Origin: a virus
Strand: one strand, 5' to 3'
IMG/VR virus record: IMGVR_UViG_3300037484_000374
Span: 1-64,000 of that record
Length of the DNA stretch: 64,000 bases
Positions 46,536 through 56,086 of this stretch are shown in pieces; positions within the stretch are counted from its first letter, which is position 1, and every line of letters starts with the position of its first letter. Below the pieces are notes generated by a model. The model saw nothing but the letters and a program-made list of their open reading frames with translations, ran no database searches and was not told the DNA's origin. Position numbers and translations under genes: made by a program.

Positions 46536-48776
46536 GTGGCTATCAAAAACTTCGTATTAGACACCAACGTAATAATTTCAAGTAAGGACGCTATAAAGAC
46601 AATTATGAACGGAAACGATGGCGGTGAAGCAAATAATATATTCATACCATATACGGTTTTGGAGGAATTAGACTGTCTTAAAATGAATACAAAACTCAGA
46701 CCAATGGTGTATGAGGCATTTGAACAATTAAAAGAGTATAAAGATCATATCAAATTTATAGGTAATAGAGAAAAGAAAACACCGGATAATAAAATACTGG
46801 ATGAAATTCGTGATGCCGAACTTGAACTTAATTTAGGCGATGAGAATACAATATTCTTAACAAATGATATCATGCTACAGATAAAAGCAGAGGCCGAGGG
46901 TATCAATCCACAGGAATTCAAAGATTCAAAACCATATGAATCCGAGAGTCAACAATGTGATGGCTTTGTAAACGTTGATGAGGGTGAAAAGTTTTTTCCG
47001 AACTGTTTCTACTGGCAAGATGGAAGGTTGATGTTTAATGGAGTAAAAGAAGTACACACTGTACCTGATCATGCACCATGGAAGATAACACCTAAAAGTT
47101 ATTACCAAAATGCCGCTATTGATCTGATGAAAAATGATGAAATTAACCTCGTTACGATTCAGTCAAGGGCCGGTCTTGGTAAAGCACAACCATTAGATGC
47201 CAAAATATTAACACCTAATGGATGGAAAAAAATGGGTGATTTACAAGTTGGTGATATGGTTATAAATTCACAAGGAGAACCGACAAAGGTTTTAACAATA
47301 CACCCACAAGGAGAAAAGGAAATATATAGAGTATTATTTAATGATAATAGTAGTACAGAATGTTGTGATGATCATTTATGGTTTGTTAGAAAAGAATATC
47401 ATAAATACCAAGTAAAAAAATTAAGAGATATAAAAGATAATCTATATAATGAAAAACGAAAAAGATTGAATTGGTTTATACCGACAGTATCACCAATAAA
47501 ATTCCAAAAAAAACCATTACCAATAAAACCATACTTGATGGGGGTTTTATTGGGTGATGGTGGAATGACAACAAGTAATGTAAGTATAACAACAGTAGAT
47601 AAAGAAATAATAGATCATTGTAGTGATATATTACCAGATGGGTTATATATCAAACATATATGTGAACACCAATATCATATTAACATGCTTGATAGAAAAA
47701 TTGGCGGTAAAAAAGATATTTTTACAAATATTATTAACAAAATACTATATGAATTAAAATTATTTAAACTGAAATCACATGAAAAATTTATACCAGTTGA
47801 TTATTTATATTCATCTATAGATGATAGGGTACAAATACTCAGAGGATTGATGGATACAGATAGTGGTATTCTTAAAGATAACAGAGTTGAATATCATACT
47901 TCTTCATCAAAATTAAGAGATGGTGTTATTTTTTTGGTGAGATCACTTGGAGGTAGGGCATATTTTAATAAAAAAACACCATATTATATCTATAATGGGA
48001 TGAAAAAACAAGGTAAGGAAAGCTATACTGTTAGAATAACATTACCATCTGATATTAACCCATTTTTCTTAAAAAGAAAGGTTAATATATATAATGGTTA
48101 TAAGAAATATCCACCATCAAGAGGAATAAAAGAAATAAAATATATTGGTAATAAAGAAGCACAATGTATCACGGTTGATTCAGATGACCATATGTATATC
48201 ACAGATGATTTTATCGTCACCCATAATTCATATATATCACTGGCCACGGCATTGGAACAGACATTCGAGAAAAAGAAATATGAGAAGATATACATCTTTA
48301 AAAATATAGTAAATATTGGACAGGGGTTGGGTTTCCTTCCAGGAAGTCTTGAGGATAAGATAGAACCATACACCAGATATATGGTATCATTAATTCAAAA
48401 ACTCAGTGGTGTCAGAAAATTGAGCGAGAGAATTATGGATGCTAATGGGGTTATTAATCCACATTACATCGAGATTCTTCCTCTGACATTTATCAGGGGT
48501 ATGAACATTGAAGATGCATTTGTAATCATCGATGAGACACAGAACATTTCTCGACAAGAAATGAGAGCACTTCTGACAAGAATGTGCGGTAATGTTAAGG
48601 TTTGTTGCATCGGGGATACGTCACAGGTCGATGCTATGTTTCTCAATGAAATGAATAACGCTCTTAACTGGACTGTTAAATTATGTAAAGGCCAAGAACA
48701 CTATGGTCATATAACCTTGAAAGGTAATAAATCAAGAGGCCCGATCACAGACATGGTTCTTAAAGTAGGATTATAA
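46536..48776 (+). CDS. phoH: PIN-PhoH protein containing an intein
   Basis: VLDTNV PIN start; RAGLGK|intein|S; GFLPG, RGMNI, IIDETQN, GDTSQVD. Confidence 0.92.
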   Translation: MAIKNFVLDTNVIISSKDAIKTIMNGNDGGEANNIFIPYTVLEELDCLKMNTKLRPMVYEAFEQLKEYKDHIKFIGNREKKTPDNKILDEIRDAELELNLGDENTIFLTNDIMLQIKAEAEGINPQEFKDSKPYESESQQCDGFVNVDEGEKFFPNCFYWQDGRLMFNGVKEVHTVPDHAPWKITPKSYYQNAAIDLMKNDEINLVTIQSRAGLGKAQPLDAKILTPNGWKKMGDLQVGDMVINSQGEPTKVLTIHPQGEKEIYRVLFNDNSSTECCDDHLWFVRKEYHKYQVKKLRDIKDNLYNEKRKRLNWFIPTVSPIKFQKKPLPIKPYLMGVLLGDGGMTTSNVSITTVDKEIIDHCSDILPDGLYIKHICEHQYHINMLDRKIGGKKDIFTNIINKILYELKLFKLKSHEKFIPVDYLYSSIDDRVQILRGLMDTDSGILKDNRVEYHTSSSKLRDGVIFLVRSLGGRAYFNKKTPYYIYNGMKKQGKESYTVRITLPSDINPFFLKRKVNIYNGYKKYPPSRGIKEIKYIGNKEAQCITVDSDDHMYITDDFIVTHNSYISLATALEQTFEKKKYEKIYIFKNIVNIGQGLGFLPGSLEDKIEPYTRYMVSLIQKLSGVRKLSERIMDANGVINPHYIEILPLTFIRGMNIEDAFVIIDETQNISRQEMRALLTRMCGNVKVCCIGDTSQVDAMFLNEMNNALNWTVKLCKGQEHYGHITLKGNKSRGPITDMVLKVGL
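47184..48227 (+). mobile_element. Ala1 class 3 intein with LAGLIDADG endonuclease (348 aa)
   Basis: AQPLDAK start; DHLW, AQCITV, IVTHN|S; GVLLGDG and RGLMDTD. Confidence 0.9.
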
Positions 48777-49835
48777 ATGCCAAAAAAACTAACATGTAAT
48801 CATGTGAAAAGAATGATCGAAAATTGTGATGGTTATATACTATTATCATCGGAATATATTAATAATCATTCAAAATTAAAAATTAGATGTCCTGATGGTC
48901 ATGAATATAAGGCAACTTATAATGATTTTCAAGCCGGTAATAGATGTCCTTTATGTGCTAAAAATAGAAAATTTACATATAATTTTATAAAGAAACATAT
49001 AACAAAAGAAGGATATATACTTTTAAGCGAAGATTATAAAGATACACATTCAAAATTAAAAATTAAATGCCCAAAACAACATATTTTTGAAATGGGTTTT
49101 AATTCATTTAAACATGGACAAAGATGTTCTGTTTGTTATGGAACACCAAAACATACATATGAATTTATCAAAGAGCATATAGAATATTCTGGATGTAAAC
49201 TTTTAAGTAAAGAATATAAAGGCAATAAAAAACATTTAAGAATTCAATGTAAGAATAATCACATATTTAAAATGAGATGGGACTGTTTTCAAAGAGGTCA
49301 GAGATGTAAAGAATGTAGTATTGATAATACAAGAATGAAACATGAGTATATAAAGGAACAATTTGAAAAGGAAGGTTATTATTTACTTAGCTGTAAGTAT
49401 AAGAATAATCATTCAAAATTAAAAGTTCAATGTCCTATTGGACATAAGTATATGACAGCATATCAAAGATGGTATAACGGTAATAGATGCCCTATTTGTT
49501 ATGCAGAAACAACATCATCAATACCAGAAAAAGAAGTATTTGAAATAGTTAAACAAATATATGATGGGGGTTTGATTGCTAACGATAGAACACAAATAAT
49601 TAATCCAAGTACAGGATGTGGTCTTGAGTTGGATGTATGGCTTCCAGAGTTAAGAAAAGCAATTGAGTTTAATGGTGTTTATTGGCACTCATCATACTAT
49701 ACTAAAAGAAAAGACAAAATAAAGAAACAACAATGTGAAGAAAAAGGTATTGATTTAATGATAATATACGATTGTGAATGGTTATATGGCAAAGAAAAAT
49801 GTCTAAATAAAATAAATAAATTCGTAGGATTATAA
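48777..49835 (+). CDS. Zinc-repeat (four repeats) putative homing endonuclease
   Basis: Same repeat and ELDVWLPELRKAIEFNGVYWH domain. Confidence 0.85.
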   Translation: MPKKLTCNHVKRMIENCDGYILLSSEYINNHSKLKIRCPDGHEYKATYNDFQAGNRCPLCAKNRKFTYNFIKKHITKEGYILLSEDYKDTHSKLKIKCPKQHIFEMGFNSFKHGQRCSVCYGTPKHTYEFIKEHIEYSGCKLLSKEYKGNKKHLRIQCKNNHIFKMRWDCFQRGQRCKECSIDNTRMKHEYIKEQFEKEGYYLLSCKYKNNHSKLKVQCPIGHKYMTAYQRWYNGNRCPICYAETTSSIPEKEVFEIVKQIYDGGLIANDRTQIINPSTGCGLELDVWLPELRKAIEFNGVYWHSSYYTKRKDKIKKQQCEEKGIDLMIIYDCEWLYGKEKCLNKINKFVGL

Positions 49836-51392
49836 ATGCCAGAACTTGAATTTGAAAATGAAAGGAGAGTAAAAAAACTTGGTGTTCAGTATGAATATAC
49901 ACCTGATCAGATAAAAGAATTGATCAGGTGTAAGAAGTCTTGTTTGTATTTTGTGAGTAATTACGTCAAAATATATAATGAAGATCAAGGCATTATTTTA
50001 TTTAACCCCTATGACTATCAAAAGGAGTTACTTGAGAATTATGAAAAGTACCGTTTTAACATCGGACTACTCTGTAGACAGTCAGGTAAGACCACTGTAG
50101 TTGCGGCATATGCGTTATGGTTTGCTATTTTTAATGATAACAAAAATATAGGTATCGTTTCAAATAAAGAAGATAGCGCAAAATCATTCTTGGCACGTCT
50201 TAAAGAGATGTATGAATTGTTGCCAGGATGGCTAAAACCTGGGGTTATAGCATGGGCCGAGACATCTGTAAAATTTGAAAATAAAACAAAAATAAGAATC
50301 AGCGCCACAAGTAAAGATTCTTTCCGTGGCGAGCCAATGTCACTCGTTATATGTGATGAGTTAGCTTTCGTTGACCCGCAATGGAAAGCGGATGAATTCT
50401 GGGCGAGTAACTATCCTACCATTTCAGCTTCAAAAACTGCGAAGATTATTATCATTAGTACACCAAATGGTATGTATAATAAATTCCATGAACTATACTC
50501 AAAAGCCGAGAAAAAACAAAATACATTTGTTCCTTACTTCGCTGATTGGACAAGGGTTCCTGGAAGAGATGAAAAATGGGCCGCTGAGCAGCTTGCCAAT
50601 CTTGGAGAGATCAAATTTGCACAAGAATTCTCCTGTAAGTTCGTTGGTAGTAGTTCCACAGTTCTTGACCCAGCCACAATTGAGCGCATTTTAAATCAAA
50701 GAATATATGATCCAAAATTATTAGACCTTAATAATAAATTCAGAGTATACGAAAAACCAAAAGATGGTTCCATATATGTCATTGGGGTGGACGTTGCAAA
50801 GGGTACTGGTGAGCATTACAGTACGATGCAAGTATTGAAGATAGTGAGTATCGACCCTCTTAAAGTTCAACAGGTTGCTGTATATGAGGACAACATGACA
50901 GACGTGTACCGTTTCTCTGAGATAGTAAATAGGACATGTTATTACTATAATAAAGCCTATTTAATGATTGAGAATAATGGTGAGGGTGCTCCGGTTGTAA
51001 ATCGAATATGGTGGGAGTATGAAAATGAATATCTGGTTTGTACTGGTACAAAAGCAAAAGACCTCGGTATAAGAGCAACAAAAGCAACAAAACCAATTGC
51101 TGTTCTATTCATGAAAAAAGTAATCGAGGGGAAATCCCTTAAAGTTATAGATTACAAAACGATCAAACAGTTATCATCATTTATTGACAAAGGGAATAAT
51201 AAATTCACAGGTGGTGGACAGGATGATGATTTAGTATCTGCGTTGTATTGGGCACTATATATTTTCTGTATGGATGTCCTCGATGAGAAGTTTGAATTTA
51301 GAAGAGAGGAAGCAGAGGATGAGGGATGGGGGATTCTAAGTGATGTGGATACGGAAGAAGAAGAAGTTGATTGGTCTTGGATGAGAGAATAA
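49836..51392 (+). CDS. gp17: Terminase large subunit
   Basis: YDYQ, RQSGKTT, ICDELAF, STPNG, IGVDVAKG, DDLV. Confidence 0.95.
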   Translation: MPELEFENERRVKKLGVQYEYTPDQIKELIRCKKSCLYFVSNYVKIYNEDQGIILFNPYDYQKELLENYEKYRFNIGLLCRQSGKTTVVAAYALWFAIFNDNKNIGIVSNKEDSAKSFLARLKEMYELLPGWLKPGVIAWAETSVKFENKTKIRISATSKDSFRGEPMSLVICDELAFVDPQWKADEFWASNYPTISASKTAKIIIISTPNGMYNKFHELYSKAEKKQNTFVPYFADWTRVPGRDEKWAAEQLANLGEIKFAQEFSCKFVGSSSTVLDPATIERILNQRIYDPKLLDLNNKFRVYEKPKDGSIYVIGVDVAKGTGEHYSTMQVLKIVSIDPLKVQQVAVYEDNMTDVYRFSEIVNRTCYYYNKAYLMIENNGEGAPVVNRIWWEYENEYLVCTGTKAKDLGIRATKATKPIAVLFMKKVIEGKSLKVIDYKTIKQLSSFIDKGNNKFTGGGQDDDLVSALYWALYIFCMDVLDEKFEFRREEAEDEGWGILSDVDTEEEEVDWSWMRE

Positions 51393-51442
51393 TAATATTT
51401 TATATAAATACTATTGAATAATTTTATTTAAAAGGATAATAG

Positions 51443-51731
51443 ATGAGGTTTCATAAATTCATAACAGAGATGGTCGCACCTAGACAACGGGATATTGCTA
51501 AGGTCTATTAACCCAGAAACAGGTCGAAACCTCGAACTGGATGTATGGCTTCCAGAGTTAAGAAAAGCAATTGAGTTTAACGAAAGATATTGACACTCAT
51601 CTATATATGCCAAACAACATGATAAAATTAAAAACAACAATGTAAGGAAACAGGTAATATTATTAGTGGTTAAGGGTAATTATGTCAAAGAAAAATGTCT
51701 AAATAAAATAAAAGAATTTATAAAGGGATAA
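51443..51731 (+). pseudogene. Truncated CTS-leader ORF fused to a decayed endonuclease C-terminus
   Basis: MRFHKFITE...stop at 51511, then INPETGRNLELDVWLPELRKAIEFN with an in-frame stop. Confidence 0.8.
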
Positions 51732-51737
51732 TAAACT

Positions 51738-52577
51738 ATGGCTATAACAAGACAAGAACTCAGAGAGCGGGTTAAACACAGACTTGGATACCCGATGGTT
51801 AAGGTAGAAATTTGTGACACACAGATAGATGATCATATAATATATGCAAGGGATAAATTTATAAAATGGGCTGTGGGTAATGCACGACAGGAACATTTCC
51901 TAACAGTAATGTTAAGAGGTGGTCAGAGTATATATGATATGCCACCTGGGGTTACTGATATTATCAGCTACGATGATAAGGGGGTTGGTAACAGTGGTGG
52001 TATAAATACACTTTTCTCAATCGAGAATTACATGTACAAGAGCGGTATGCTTGACAGTTTTTTTCATAGCGGATTTTCATTGGTTGAGTATCATATCGCC
52101 CTTGACTTTCTTGAAACCTTAGACAGATACATTACGACAGATTATAACTGGAAATATCATAGACACACAAACCAGTTAGAGATATACCCAGCACCACCTG
52201 TAAGTGGTGGTTGTTTATATGATACTAACGGTTTATTGGTTGATTCCCCAGGATTTGTACTGGTAAAGACTATGATGATAGAGGGTGCAACCTTACCAAC
52301 ATATACTCCAAGTACATCAGGAGCCTATAGAGTTGATGAACAATTTGAAGACGCTCTTTGGGACAAAGATTGGATCATTGATTATGTTACGGCAATGTCA
52401 AAAATAACATTGGGTATGATCAGAAGAAAATTCGCCAGTTTTTCAGGATTAGGTGGCCAAGGTATAGCTTTGGATGGTTCAGAATTGATAGGTGAAGGTA
52501 AAGAGGAAAAAGCAGACCTCGAATTAACACTTAGAGATGAGGAATGTTATGATGGATACGGAATAACTTTTGGGTGA
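51738..52577 (+). CDS. gp13: Neck protein
   Basis: RLGYP.V.VE...Q..D; WIIDY..A..K...G..R.KF. Confidence 0.88.
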   Translation: MAITRQELRERVKHRLGYPMVKVEICDTQIDDHIIYARDKFIKWAVGNARQEHFLTVMLRGGQSIYDMPPGVTDIISYDDKGVGNSGGINTLFSIENYMYKSGMLDSFFHSGFSLVEYHIALDFLETLDRYITTDYNWKYHRHTNQLEIYPAPPVSGGCLYDTNGLLVDSPGFVLVKTMMIEGATLPTYTPSTSGAYRVDEQFEDALWDKDWIIDYVTAMSKITLGMIRRKFASFSGLGGQGIALDGSELIGEGKEEKADLELTLRDEECYDGYGITFG

Positions 52578-52585
52578 GGAATTAT

Positions 52586-53548
52586 ATGAGCAGATTACAT
52601 AATTATATGACAGAGGGAAATGGTAAGGTTGTTAAGGTTGTAATATTAACATCCCGTAGTGGTGACAATACCATAAAAACATCAGCTGAGAAGTTTGAAG
52701 AATCTGCTAAAAAGCATGATATGACCCCATATCTGGTATATTCTGAGGATGGGTATATATCAGATGATAAAGTAACTACCATCCACAATATTGATGATAA
52801 GAAAGGGTTTAAAATTGACCCAGATAATACAGTTGTCATCGCCCGTGGTGGTGTTCTTTACACAAAGACAGGTATTAATCTATTACATCAGCTTGAAACC
52901 CTTGGATTTTTCTGTGTGAATACAAGAAAATCTATGGAATTATGTAGCGATAAATATAAATCAATGTTGATGTTCAGAAAACTTGGAATAGACACACCCA
53001 TTACTCGCATAGTGAGTTCTCAGGAAAAACTTGAGGTTGTTATAGATAGAATCACCACATTTCCAGTTGTTATTAAGACAATATCTGGATATGGGGGTGC
53101 TGGGGTGTTCAAAATCGACTCAGTGGAGAATTTAAGACCGACACTACAGGCAATATGGAATATCAGTGAAGACGAGGAGATGCTAATTCAGGACTTCATA
53201 GAGAGTGATGGTGACATAAGAATTCATGTTCTTGGTGGTGAGATCATAGCCGCAATGAAACGAGTAAAACCGGATGATGATTTCAGATCAAATTATTCTC
53301 TCGGTGGAGATATAGAATCAGTAGAAATAACAGACAAAATGAAAAACATGGCAATATTGGCAACGAAGGAATCTGGACTTTCATGGTCTGGTGTTGATAT
53401 TATAATAGATAAGAAAAATAATAAACCGTATATGGTTGAAATCAATGGTTCCCCAGGAACAGAGGGGATTGACAAAGTATTAAAAACTAAATCAACAATC
53501 GATATTGTTCTTGAATTTATTAAAGATAAAAATAACTGGGATAATTAA
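52586..53548 (+). CDS. RimK-like ATP-grasp ligase with CTS-like leader
   Basis: MSRLHNYMTE leader; DKY, PVVIK..GYGG.GV, DIR, FRSN.SLGG, EINGSPG. Confidence 0.88.
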   Translation: MSRLHNYMTEGNGKVVKVVILTSRSGDNTIKTSAEKFEESAKKHDMTPYLVYSEDGYISDDKVTTIHNIDDKKGFKIDPDNTVVIARGGVLYTKTGINLLHQLETLGFFCVNTRKSMELCSDKYKSMLMFRKLGIDTPITRIVSSQEKLEVVIDRITTFPVVIKTISGYGGAGVFKIDSVENLRPTLQAIWNISEDEEMLIQDFIESDGDIRIHVLGGEIIAAMKRVKPDDDFRSNYSLGGDIESVEITDKMKNMAILATKESGLSWSGVDIIIDKKNNKPYMVEINGSPGTEGIDKVLKTKSTIDIVLEFIKDKNNWDN

Positions 53549-53550
53549 TA

Positions 53551-54258
53551 ATGGCTTGTAACTGCAAAGACGTATTAAAGGGGACACCGCTATGGAGCAT
53601 GTACGATGTCACAGAAGATAACTGTGAACATGCACTGTATGACTCTATAATAACAGAGATGACAGACATTTCTGGGTTTCCGGTTGAAATTTATATACCA
53701 ATCAGAACATTTGACCCATTATATGGTGAGGATGCATCAGAGAATTTATCTGATCCTGTAATGACAAAACTGATATATGAACCATTAGAGGGTTTATCGA
53801 TCACAGAGGCATTTGGTATTACCAGTGATGAGACATTACAATATGCTTTTATTCCAAAATCTACATTCACCAGAGACTTGAGTGCGGCCTATTATGCGTT
53901 GGCCCCATCTGGAACTGATGTATTGGTTGTTCCAAGGCCAGGACTTGTTATTAAGACCCTATGGGATAATAGAAATTATGAAGTAGTTGATGTTGGTAAA
54001 GAACAGAACATCTTCCTAGCCAAGAAACTTATCTATGAATTCATCTTGAGACCATTCAGATTTAGTGAACAATCAGACACACACAGAGAGATACACACCG
54101 GTATGGATGCAAGCACATTTGAAACACATGTTACAAGTGGTGGCGATGCTCTATCCGATTTTATAGAGAATGAATATGGGGATAATGATTTTATTGAAAC
54201 AGAGTCAAATAAGATTGATAAATATCAGGACATTGACGAAAAAATGTTCGGAAGGTAA
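53551..54258 (+). CDS. gp14: Neck protein
   Basis: DPLYGED, FGI, RPG.VI...YEV; synteny. Confidence 0.8.
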   Translation: MACNCKDVLKGTPLWSMYDVTEDNCEHALYDSIITEMTDISGFPVEIYIPIRTFDPLYGEDASENLSDPVMTKLIYEPLEGLSITEAFGITSDETLQYAFIPKSTFTRDLSAAYYALAPSGTDVLVVPRPGLVIKTLWDNRNYEVVDVGKEQNIFLAKKLIYEFILRPFRFSEQSDTHREIHTGMDASTFETHVTSGGDALSDFIENEYGDNDFIETESNKIDKYQDIDEKMFGR

Positions 54259-54262
54259 TTAA

Positions 54263-54502
54263 ATGAGACTATTAAACTTTTTATCAGAGGAAGAATCATT
54301 CAGTCAAAAGTTGGCTGGTATGAAGGATTCAATTCAAGCACTGAGAGATAAACTTATAGAACTTGAAAATAGTCTCGGTGATGCCGCTGATAATGATGAA
54401 ACTAAGAAAATACGATCTGAGATGGATACTGTAAAGGGTAATATAAAGATCGCAAAGCTAAAACTTGAAATGACCAAGGACAATGGAAGACTTAGCAAAT
54501 GA
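54263..54502 (+). CDS. CTS-leader coiled-coil protein
   Basis: MRLLNFLSE. Confidence 0.7.
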   Translation: MRLLNFLSEEESFSQKLAGMKDSIQALRDKLIELENSLGDAADNDETKKIRSEMDTVKGNIKIAKLKLEMTKDNGRLSK

Positions 54503-54684
54503 AATTCAAGCAATACCTAAATGATATTAATGAACCATCACCCATGGATTTATCAAATATATCACCAAAAGATATTTCTGGCCTAATAAAGAAGGATTGT
54601 AAACCATTCCTGAACAAGACAACGTTATATATGTTCAGAGGTATAAAAAATTCAAACGGTACAGATATTTTTAAAAAGTTATAA
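54499..54684 (+). pseudogene. Truncated paralog of the 13957/29159 family
   Basis: MKFKQYLND...IKKDCKPFL...MFRGI then stop. Confidence 0.6.
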
Positions 54685-54719
54685 TGATCAATAAGTTCTA
54701 AAACTATAAAAGGTAGATA

Positions 54720-55544
54720 ATGAAAGACCACTATTTTTATAATGCACTAAGAAAAACTATTATACAATTTCTTGATCTCTTCAATGATATAACCATTGCC
54801 AGATATGCAACAGATGGTGAAATACTGAAATACGTTTCTGTTCCTGTTAAATTTGCGCCAAAAACCCGTGGTTATTATTTTCAAGAAAAAGAAACAGCAA
54901 CAGGAGAAATTATCCGTGATAAGGTTCTCCCTATCATTGGAATAAATATGACAGGCTTGGAGTATGCATCTGACAGAGCCGTTAACAAAAACTCGAATAT
55001 AACTTCAAGAAGAACTCAGAATGATATTTCAAGATTTTTAAATCCGGTTCCTTATGATATAAGTTTTGAAGTAAAGATAGCAGCTCAATATGTTATTGAC
55101 ATAACACAAATCATCGAAAATATTTTACCATTCTTTGACCCGACAGCATTTATAAGAATAACAATTCCAGAGTTGGATATCATTGATAGTTCAGAAGAGG
55201 GAGCGGCAAATCTCGATCTGAAAGTTATATATGAAGGATCATCACCTGAGATGCAAGTAGAAATTGACGAGGCCAATTTTAGGGTACTAGAATGGACACT
55301 GACATTTAAAGTTGAAGGGTTTATGTTCAAACCTCTCAAAACAGAAGGTGTTGTCAAGAAGGTTGTCAATAAGATTTACACCAATGAGACATCATGGGTA
55401 TTACGTAACAGCACAACACAGGGAGCAAGCGGTATAGGAAATGATGCCGTTGAGATATTAACCTTACCGACCAGCGGTGTTAAATATGATGAGGAAGCAA
55501 GAATACTTTACAAATACGAACTCTATGAGAAGTTCGAGGAATAA
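54720..55544 (+). CDS. gp15: Tail sheath stabiliser/terminator
   Basis: F..LFNDI, VPV.FAP, PVPY, QIIENILPFF.P. Confidence 0.9.
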   Translation: MKDHYFYNALRKTIIQFLDLFNDITIARYATDGEILKYVSVPVKFAPKTRGYYFQEKETATGEIIRDKVLPIIGINMTGLEYASDRAVNKNSNITSRRTQNDISRFLNPVPYDISFEVKIAAQYVIDITQIIENILPFFDPTAFIRITIPELDIIDSSEEGAANLDLKVIYEGSSPEMQVEIDEANFRVLEWTLTFKVEGFMFKPLKTEGVVKKVVNKIYTNETSWVLRNSTTQGASGIGNDAVEILTLPTSGVKYDEEARILYKYELYEKFEE

Positions 55545-55547
55545 TAA

Positions 55548-56048
55548 ATGAAAGTTAATTTAAATAAAGCAAACCCACAGAATTATGAGATCATATTTCC
55601 AAAGATACCAACAGAGGAAACAATGGAGGGTTCTACAGAATTAACCATCAATATCTATGAGTCTGTTATACCTTCCCTCACCATGGAAGCAACCCCTCGA
55701 TATTGGCAGGGTGGTGTTGCTCAGTATGAGGCCGGTTCATTGACATACGAGCCATGGTTTGTAAGGTTCACAGTTGATAGTGAGTTTAAAAACTGGCTTA
55801 CACTATATAAATGGATGCTGAATATAAATAACAATAAGAATAAATTTTCTGCATCGAGAGAAGAATACGTTGTGGATGCTACACTGAAAATTACAGATAA
55901 CAACGGCTTGGTGGTTTTAAAAGTGGATTTTATAAACGCATGGGTCAATATGCTGGGTGAGATCACGCTGTCTCAGAGAGAGGGTTCAAGAGATTTGATT
56001 GCTTCATGTAACTTAATGTATGATAGGTATCAGATTTCTGGGGTTTAG
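55548..56048 (+). CDS. gp3: Tail tube terminator (gp3-like)
   Basis: LTYEP..V.F.VD....NW...YKWM...DATL.I. Confidence 0.75.
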   Translation: MKVNLNKANPQNYEIIFPKIPTEETMEGSTELTINIYESVIPSLTMEATPRYWQGGVAQYEAGSLTYEPWFVRFTVDSEFKNWLTLYKWMLNINNNKNKFSASREEYVVDATLKITDNNGLVVLKVDFINAWVNMLGEITLSQREGSRDLIASCNLMYDRYQISGV

Positions 56049-56086
56049 TCCTTAACTTTTTTATATAAATATGGTATAGTATTATT

